Of a DNA stretch of 64,000 nt, positions 38,577-47,300 are shown piece after piece. This DNA comes from Clostridia bacterium (lineage in GTDB: Bacteria; Bacillota; Clostridia; Oscillospirales; CAG-272): the NCBI GenBank assembly GCA_017532025.1, contig JAFXJX010000092.1, forward strand, positions 22,642 through 86,641. The letters run 5' to 3'. How positions within the stretch are numbered: the stretch's first letter is position 1; the number at the start of each line of letters is the position of its first letter. A model generated the notes under the pieces. It was not told where the DNA came from. It saw nothing but the letters and a program-made list of their open reading frames with translations, and did no database searches. A program made the position numbers and the translations under genes.

Positions 38577-40012
38577 AAAGCACCGATATTCTTTACGCCC
38601 TGAACGATATCGACCCGCATCTTATCACCGATGCTCTCACAACCGCAAAGCCGAAAGCTGCTTTTCGCAGACTGTTTCCGATTGCCGCCTGTTTTGTTCT
38701 TATCTTGGCACTTCTTCTCTCCCTGTTTCTGTTTATGTGGAAAGATGATTCGCCCCAAGCGCCCACACCTCTTGATACCGTACCGCTCATCGAAGCGGGT
38801 GATACATTGGCTGACGAGGTCGTTCCACCCTACTATCCCACCACAGAGGGTGGCATGGCAAGCTATGCCTATCTCACCTTTGATCTCACCACCGTGATCG
38901 AAGCTGAGGTGATCGAAGTACTCCCCGAGTCCTACATCAGCCTCGACGGCGGCAGATATTATAAAATCGCTCGCCTGCGCGTGATCGACAACGTAAACGG
39001 CAAAAACCTGCCGTAGGAGATCTATCTTCGTTACGATAGCTCTGATCGCGGTGTTCAGCTTGAGGGATACGATTCGTTTCTGTTTTCGCTCGATCAGGTC
39101 GGCATCGAAAACTATCTGATGTTTAACGCAAATACCAAACAGGCAACTTACTTCCCCAATATGTTTATCGGCTCTTGGGCGATCAGCTACGGCTCGGCAA
39201 TTGCCTTTACCGACGGCAAAGTCGATCTTTCTTTCTTCGACAGGATCTTTGACTACTTTGATAATCCCGATCTTGACAGAATGCGCGAATGGGTATTCGA
39301 CGAGCCTGAAAAGTATAGCTTCCCGGTAGGTCGCGAAAGTACGATCGAAGAAGCCAAAGCAAGAATCGCATCCTTTCTCGAACAAGAAACGATCAAGCGC
39401 CCCTGCGATTATCTTACGGCAGAAGACGTCTTCTCATCCGATGAAGCAAAAGCCCTGCAAAGCTATCTTACACCAAGCAAAGGCAGTCTTTTTACGCAAA
39501 ATCTGTCTCGTTCCGCAAAAAGCGCCACAATCACCTACACTCGCGTGATCAACGGTTTTTCCACCAACGAAATCATCACAATTGACATGAACAGTCAAAC
39601 CATCACCGAAAAAGGCGAGAGATTTACCAAAGAAGACCTCTCTGCCCTTCCCGACCTTGTAACTGCCAAAAAGCAGATCACGCTTGATCCCGAACACCCG
39701 CCGCACGTCAAGCTCACGTTCAGTGTAAGCGGCAGTGCTCGTTTCCGAACCTTTGATTATACGCTTGTCTATCGCAAAATTAACGGCCAAGTTTACGGCA
39801 TCATTCGCGCCGAGTGGGTCTTTACCTACAGCAATGATGATCGCGAAGAACCGTTCTCACACGATTTCCGCGACGACGTTTATTTCCTTTACGACCAAGA
39901 CGGAAACGCTTGGCAACACAACCGCGACTCCTTGTCAAAAATCCTCGGAGAAGACTCTATCATCCGCCAAAATCGCTATTTCGACCCCGACAACGGCATC
40001 TGGTGGCACTAA
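38573..40012 (+). pseudogene. Anti-sigma-like single-pass membrane protein gene interrupted by one in-frame TAG (38573-39016 + 39017-40012 in the same frame)
   Basis: It is translationally coupled to the ECF sigma gene. The N-terminus (ILYALNDIDPHLITDA) and TM segment (LFPIAACFVLILALLLSLFLF) match the partner proteins seen after Clostridial ECF sigmas. The frame stays open straight through, apart from the TAG at 39014-39016. Both track ORFs (38573 and 39119) are in the same frame. Confidence 0.6.
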
Positions 40013-40056
40013 AATAATCCGAAGAATCAAACGATTCTTCGGATCAATCTGAAGGC

Positions 40057-40090
40057 AAAGTCACTTTTATGAAAGGTGGCTTTGTTTTTT
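40057..40090 (+). terminator. Intrinsic terminator after the anti-sigma-like gene
   Basis: AAAGTCAC-11 nt-GTGGCTTT is followed by GTTTTTT. It is preceded by a perfect 12-bp hairpin, ATCCGAAGAATC-AAAC-GATTCTTCGGAT (40017-40044), which has no U-tail. Confidence 0.7.
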
Positions 40091-40157
40091 GCGCTTAATT
40101 TTGTCAGTTGCAATCACTTTCGAACACCTCATCCGTCTTTGCCCTATTCTCAAGAAC

Positions 40158-40192
40158 AAAAAAAGATCCCGCCTGTTCGGCGGAATCTTTCC
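40158..40192 (-). terminator. Intrinsic terminator of rubrerythrin
   Basis: The minus strand reads AAAGAUUCCGCC-GAAC-AGGCGGGAUCUUU followed by UUUU. Confidence 0.8.
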
Positions 40193-40206
40193 TTTTATGT
40201 CGAAAA

Positions 40207-40740
40207 TCAATAATTTTCTTTTCTCACTTCGAAGTAGCTCTGAGGATGTGCGCATACGGGGCAGAGCTTGGGGGCAGCGGTGCCAACCACGATGTGACCG
40301 CAGTTGCGGCATTCCCACATAGCTTCGCCGGCTTTGGCGAACACTTCGTTCACTTCTACATTGTGGAGGAGCGCGCGGTATCTTTCTTCGTGGGTCTTTT
40401 CAATAGCGGCAACAGCTCTGAACTGATAAGCAATCTTCGCAAAGCCTTCTTCTTCAGCCACTCTTGCAAACTCATCGTACATATCGGTCCATTCGTAGTT
40501 TTCGCCTTCTGCAGCAGCAAGAAGGTTTTCAGCGGTGGTACCGATGCCGTTCAGATGCTTGAACCACAGTTTTGCGTGTTCCTTTTCGTTATCAGCAGTC
40601 TTCTGGAAGATTTCTGCGATCTGTTCGTAGCCTTCTTTTTTGGCAACGCTTGCAAAGTAAGTATATTTGTTTCTTGCCTGAGATTCGCCTGCAAATGCAG
40701 CAGCGAGATTCGCTTCGGTTCTTGAGCCTTTGAGTTCCAT
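40207..40740 (-). CDS. rbr: Rubrerythrin
   Basis: It has a ferritin-like diiron domain ([17 protein letters not shown]...EKEHAKLW...EGENYEW). It also has a C-terminal rubredoxin-like domain (CRNCGH...CPVCAHP). An alternative ATG lies at 40746. Confidence 0.92.
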   Translation of the reverse strand: MELKGSRTEANLAAAFAGESQARNKYTYFASVAKKEGYEQIAEIFQKTADNEKEHAKLWFKHLNGIGTTAENLLAAAEGENYEWTDMYDEFARVAEEEGFAKIAYQFRAVAAIEKTHEERYRALLHNVEVNEVFAKAGEAMWECRNCGHIVVGTAAPKLCPVCAHPQSYFEVRKENY

Positions 40741-40801
40741 AATCATGATCTCCTTATAATTAAAAATTTATTTTTTATTGGTAACGGCTTTGCCGTCAAG
40801 T

Positions 40802-41164
40802 TCATGGTATCCGATTGCAGTTTTCACATCTTGCACTCACGGTAAGGCAGTAGTGATAGTCCTTTTCCCCTACCGCGCTTTGCAAGAGCGTATCAAGTCC
40901 TGTGATCATAAGATCTTCCACCGCACCACAGTTAGGACAGATGAGATGCTCGTGCGGTGCGACTGTTTTGTCAAATCGGTCGGGTGCGTTCGGCACTTCG
41001 ATTTTTTTGATGATTCCTGTTTCGGCAAGTTCGTTGAGGTTGCGATAGACCGTGCCAACTGCAATTTTCGGAAGGCTTTTTTTCGCTTCCCGATGCACTT
41101 CGTCAGCCGTAACATGGCCATATCTTGCAACAATGGCAAGAATCAACTGACTTTGCTTGGTCAT
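40802..41164 (-). CDS. Fur family transcriptional regulator (PerR-like by context)
   Basis: It has a winged helix (SQLILAIVARYGHVTADEVHREAKK...GTVYRNLNELAETGII) and metal sites (HEHLICPNCG...CENC). It lies directly upstream of rubrerythrin. Upstream alternative TTG/GTG starts are possible, up to 41194. Confidence 0.8.
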   Translation of the reverse strand: MTKQSQLILAIVARYGHVTADEVHREAKKSLPKIAVGTVYRNLNELAETGIIKKIEVPNAPDRFDKTVAPHEHLICPNCGAVEDLMITGLDTLLQSAVGEKDYHYCLTVSARCENCNRIP

Positions 41165-41382
41165 GTACTTCACAGCTCTCACACTCCCTTCCAAATTTAG
41201 GAACTGTTCTTGAATGCATTATAGCAAACGTAACACCATTTGTCAATACCTTTTTTGATAAAATTTAAGAATTTTTCTCAAATTCATTTTATGCGTTTTG
41301 AAAAAATCGTGCCGTCCGTTGGGTCGTCCCGATTTAGACCGCAGCAAAGTATTAAAATTAAAACCATGTCACCGATTCACAA

Positions 41383-44300
41383 TCATTCTTTTCGTGAACG
41401 CGCTTTCTTGATAACATAATAGCAAACCAAGAAAGCGATAACAGCAAGACACAAGATTGAACCAACAATAATCAAGACGATCACATACGTCGGCAAACCG
41501 TCCTCCGCACTGAGTTTAGGGATAGATTCTGTCTTGGTATGACCACATACCGTACACCTGTAGCTCATAATGCCCTCTTCATCTGTCGTTGCAGGCTTAA
41601 TCACAACACCCTCAGCATATGTATGCGGAATGTTAGGATCATCTTGGCAAGTGAGTTCCGCAATCGTATAGGTAAACCCGACAGTGGCACTAGGAGTCAT
41701 GCCCTCCTTGATTGCATAAGCAATGATTGTCACATCCTCCGTGATCGTAATGGGTCCGTCATACCGAATTCTTGCAGGATTGTTTTCATCGCACGGGCAG
41801 GAAAGATCGAGTGTATAATAAATGGTTGCGCCCTCTGTCTCTGTGCTGAGAGTAATCTGTGTTCCGGCAGGCACCTTACTACCGCTCTCTAGATTCGATG
41901 TAACCTTTTGGCAGGTATTGGCACGAGCCGCTGTCTGCGATATCACAGTTACATCTGCTGTAAGATCTGTACCTTCCACAGTAAGACGTATCTTCCCTGT
42001 CCCGGGAAGTTCACCTTGCAGAGTGATCAAGGCTCTTCCGTTTTTATCTGTTATGACAGACGCCGTTGAAACAGAGATAATATCGGGTGTCAATGAGGTT
42101 ACACAAACAGTTTTGTTTGCACCTGCTTCTTTGGGAAGCAGTTCAACAATGAAGTGTGCGCTATCGCCATAAACCACCGTTGCCGATTGCGGCACAACAA
42201 GGTCTTTCGGTAGGAGATAAACCTTCAACTCCTCTTCATAGCCGTTCGCCATAGCCGTTCCTGCATAATTGATAACACCTTGAATCGAAACTTTCACGCT
42301 ATCGCCCAACTTAGTCTCGGGGATAAATGTGAAAACACTCGCATATTCCACGTTAGGGTCGTCAAAAGATGTCTCCGCATTTATCGGAACAATCTTACCC
42401 TCAACCGTTTTGCCGTCAGCAGTAACCGTTACAGTGTGCGTGTTAATGCTATCAATCCGCATATATTGGCTAAATGCAATGCGCACGCTTTCGGTATAAG
42501 CATTCACCTGCTTCACGGTAGGCGCCATCTTGGAAACCAACGCAATATTCACTTCAGTTTGCGGAGGCGGTACAGGCAAGTAGCCGTTTTCATCGGCGTC
42601 GGGATCATTTCTCGAATCCGCATCATAATAACCGTCTTTCGAGAATTTCACAAGCCACTGTCCCATAGGAACATCCCATGCGTACCGTCCCTCTTTGTCG
42701 GTATAAAGCGGATTGACCTGATCCCATTCTTCGGCATTCCAGAAAACATCGCCCTTTTCGCTATCGTAATAGTAGGCTTCCACCTTTACACCCTCCAAAC
42801 GGTTGGAAGGCACAGCTTCGCACACATAACCGGAGGGGTCGATGAGGAGCGGTACATCGACACCGTCACCCGGCACAGCTTGGTTCCGAGGTTTGTTTTC
42901 AGGTTTACCATCATCGGGATCATCTTCCGGGTCCTCGGGGCATTTCGCCGCGGCATAGATTCTGTCTCTCAGATTATCCAGTTTTTCCATGTATGATTCA
43001 TGCGTTTTCTTGATGGTATAATCAAGCGTTTGGCTTCTCAGCATACCGGCGCCCAGCATTCCAAAGCTGCCCGCCGCCGCAACTGAGTGCAGGCATACGT
43101 ATGAGCTCACCACCGAGCTGGCATGCGGCAAAAGACCGAGCGCTCCGTTAAGCAGCGCGCTGTACATCTGATACGCTTCCACTTCCAGGTACAAACCCTC
43201 GCGCGCGGCATAATAATCCAGAACCAATGCCGTGTACTCTGCATAGAATGCCTGATATTGCGCCGTAGACAACGCATAGCTTCCGTCAGGGCATTTTCTT
43301 TCAAGTGCCAAAGGCAACAGCTCTGCCCATGAAGTAAAGATAATATCGTTGTTTTTAATCAAGTTGTTCAGTCTCGCCACGTCCAAACACAATACAAAGT
43401 TACCTGCCAGTCCCAACGAAGCAAAATCCATGAGCACTGCGGCGATACTGAGCATACCTTGCGCATATTGCATTCCTCCTTGTGGTGACAGATCATACGA
43501 CGCCACACTCGGTACGTTATTGGCATACCAGGTTTCATCTATCACCACCGAACAGCTAACATGCTGCTTGGCACTCGGAATCACAATCTCGTAGGTTTCG
43601 CTGAAGGGCGTGTTGCTCTTTTTCACGTAAACGACCGTGTTTTCACCGTCGATCATCTTGGTGTAGCCGTCTTTCAGCAGAACATCCTCGCTCTTTTGGG
43701 TATAGGTCAGCGTATTCTGAGCCATCCGCATGATCGGTGCGTTATCATTTTGCTTGTCAACCAAAACGTAGGTGATCGAGCTATCAGTTTCTTCGCTAAC
43801 AACGCCGATGTCTTCAGAAAAACCCACACCAAACTTTTCAAGTTCTTCCCCGGTCTGCAAAACGCCGTCATAGAAGTTTTGTTCGTTGATATAAGCTGTA
43901 TCGTTTTCACTTTCCGTAAACACAACGTTATAGCCGCAAGGGAGATCGGTTGAGTCTTTGTAGGTAATACTGCCTACCCAAATATCCGTTCCGGGTTTAT
44001 TCGTCATAGGAATATAAGTTTCTTTTCCGTTGGTTCCCGCAGTCACAACGTAAACGTCACTTAAACGCTTCGCTGAGCCGTTGGAAAAAGCAACGCGAAA
44101 AGAGTATGAACAATTACCCGTCCAAGTATACTGACTTGGATATTCGTTTTCCCGAATATTGAGCGTTATCGTTTTATCGCCGTTGATCACCTCAATGGTT
44201 TCCACGTAACAAAAGTCTTCCCGATAATGCAACCAAGACATTGCCGTTTCGTATTCAATGTCGTTATACTCGCTCTGAATATTGGCGTAGATAGCATAAT

Positions 44301-47300
44301 ACGAATTGTTTTTCGGCTCGTTCAGCCGAATGGTAGCCCGATAGTTTCCCGATGCATTTGCCGTCACCGTTGCCACAACAACGCCGTTGCTAAATACCGT
44401 AACCTTACTTTTGGCAGGCGCTTTTCCGTTTATTATCACGGAATCGGTGCCCGTCTTTTCAGGAATCAGAATTGTTGCATTTGCTATTTTCAGCGAGATC
44501 GTACCAACAGACTGCGTAATGTTGTCACCGCCCATAGAGAAAGCAAGAGACGCATTGACAACACACTCCGAGGAAGCAGTCAGAGGAACAACGTAAACGT
44601 ATAAAATGCCTTCGGATTCATTCGTATAAATCGTCAGCACCTGTTCATCCAGCGTATAGTTCACAGCCGTTTTGTTCCAATATACGCCTTGGGATAACAC
44701 GGTAAAGCCTTCGGGCAATTCAAGAATAACCGTTTCTCCCGATGCCTTGTAAGATGGCTTAAGTTTATATTCACAACGAAGCAGCAACGTTGTTCCCACC
44801 ACACAGCTTGTATGGTTAGCTGTAAAAAGGGTATTTTCTTTTTCGATGTACCAAAAACGTTCTTCTTCAAACACGGGTACTGTGAGATCAGTTATTTCGG
44901 TCACTTTTCCGTTTTGAACCGAAACCCTCCGCAAGACGTAGTCAACATCCTTTGCCATACCACAGGCGTTCAACTTGGAAAGATGGTCCATATTATCAAG
45001 AAGTGAGGAACGACCCATAAGAACAACGTCGTACTCACCTGCAGCAAGCGGCATTGACGCGTAAGTTTCACCAATATTCTCGTAAAGAACTCGATTCCCT
45101 TTGGAATCAAACACCATAACACAATTCTTGGCGTTGCCAAGGTTACGGTAGATGCTCAACCGCCCATTTTCCAAAAGCACAAGATTTGCCTCGGCAAGAC
45201 AATTTTCATCCAATTGCACAACAACCGTCTCGGCAGTCTTCACCCCATAGGTGTCAACCATTTGAATTTCCAATGTATCATACGGAGAAACCGTATCCGC
45301 CGCCGGAATCAGGTACGGATACTGAGCTGTAAAGTCAACAATTTCGTTTTGTGTGGTTTGGTTAAAAAGGCGGAAGGACAAGCCGTCAAAATTCAAAAGC
45401 TCAGACTGCAAAAATTGCTCATCATCCAAAGATGTGCCGATCACAACACCCGAAAGCATTATTCTGCACGTAGGCAGTGGCGTCATTTGTACATCGCCAA
45501 GCGATATATTTTTTGAAAGCTCCTCACCTGAGATAGACACAAGGCGATTGTAATACGTATCCGCGCGGATGCGGAGTTTGGTTGACAGACACAGCGCATC
45601 GAAAGCGAAATATCCGTTTTCATCCACAGATATCGAATAATCCTTTGAAAAACTCTCCGCATACTGTATCACCGTCATAGAAGCACCATTGATCTCGTTG
45701 CCCAGCAAATCGGTGACTCGTCCACTCACCGTAACCGTTTCAAGGCGCGAAAGTGTAAGCGAAACATCAGTAACTTCAGAGGGAACAGCATCCCCCGCGT
45801 GAGCCTGATACACAAACGCCAAATCCTCGCCCAACACAACCCGAAAACGTAAGTCATCCGGTCGTTTTGTCAAAACGATTGTATTGCCCTTACCCAAAAG
45901 AACAGTGCCGTCATACCAAAGCACGTCATAATCTGCCTCCGACACTTGACCGTCATCACCGAAAACCTTTGCCGAAAAAGAAATCTTCGAACCATCCTCA
46001 TGAGTAACGTATTCAAAAGAAACTCCGTGCGCTCTGGCATAGTCTTCGCCACAACTGCCCAAATGAACAAAGAGTACCAGTTCCGGATCAGACGTATTAA
46101 AAGCCGAATCGGCAATACTCGTTATATGAAGAGGGATACGTATAGACATGCCAACAGAACAAAACGCTCTTTCGGCAATACTCGTCACACTTTCATCATC
46201 CGGAATCACACTGTTTTTACACCCAAGGAGCAAAGTTTTGCTTGCTGTTTCAATCAAAGTATTTCCTGCCGAATGGTAAACTTCGTTTCCTTCTTCAACC
46301 GTAATACTGCTAAGACTTTCGCATGATCCAAAAGCTTCAAAGCCAATGCTTGTCACACTATTTGGAATGGTAATTGATGTAACACCCGTGCAGCCATAAA
46401 AGGCCCAGGCACCAATTTCTGTCACACCGCTTGGAATCGTAACAGAAACAAGGTCTTTGCATCCCTTAAACGCGCCGTTACCGATACTCGTTACACTGCC
46501 GTCAGTCGGAATCACACTGTTTTTACATCCAAGGATTAAGGTTTTGGTTGCTGTTTCGATGATCGTATTTGCTGCAGAATGGTAAACCTCGTTTCCTTCT
46601 TCAACCGAAATGCTGCCAAGATTTTCACAAAATTCAAAGACATTTTCGTTAATTCTCGTTACATTGGCAGGAATCGTGATAGATTCAAGAGCCGTGCAAT
46701 CTCTGAAAGCATCGTAACCGATCTGCTCCAATTGCTTGGGAAGCACAACCGAACGAAGCTTTTCACAATAAACAAAGGCATAGGTTCCAATAAAACCAAT
46801 ACCATCCGGAATCACAACCGATTCAAGACTTGTGCAACCATAAAAACAACTTCCCGGAATCGTAGTCAGCCCCTCAGAAAGCGTAACCGATTTAAGGCTC
46901 GTGCACCAATTAAACATCCTTTCGCCTATATAAGTCACGCTATTAGGAATCGTAATTGTCTCAAGACTTTCACAACCATCAAACATAGATTCGCCTATAT
47001 AGGTCACACCGTCGGCAATCGTAACCGAAGTCAGGTTAACGCAGTTTGTAAATACGTTGTCACCAATTTCGGTTACACCTTGGGGAATCGCAACAGAAAC
47101 AAGACCTGCCATTTCCTCAAAAGCGCCGTCGGCAATGCTTATTACGCTTCCGTCATCAGGAATCACGCTGTTATTACAGCCCTGGAGCAGTTCTCCATAC
47201 CAATTTATCAGCGTATTCCCTGCCGAATGGTAATCCTTGTTTTCTTTGGCGACTGAAATGCTGTTCAGCCCTGTACAACGGTTAAACGCCGATACAGCAA

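Noticed and set aside
39014-39016. In-frame TAG as programmed recoding (pyrrolysine or a reassigned stop)
   Set aside because: recJ in the same window terminates at TAG (19824-19826), so TAG is a functional stop here. No pyl genes or PYLIS-like context are visible. A nonsense mutation or sequencing error is more parsimonious.
38402-39385. 327-aa minus ORF spanning the TAG-interrupted region
   Set aside because: I considered it as the real gene, which would explain the plus-strand stop. However, it overlaps the 3' end of the ECF sigma gene, has junk-like composition and lacks an RBS. The plus frame has sigma-coupled start, TM and partner-protein features.
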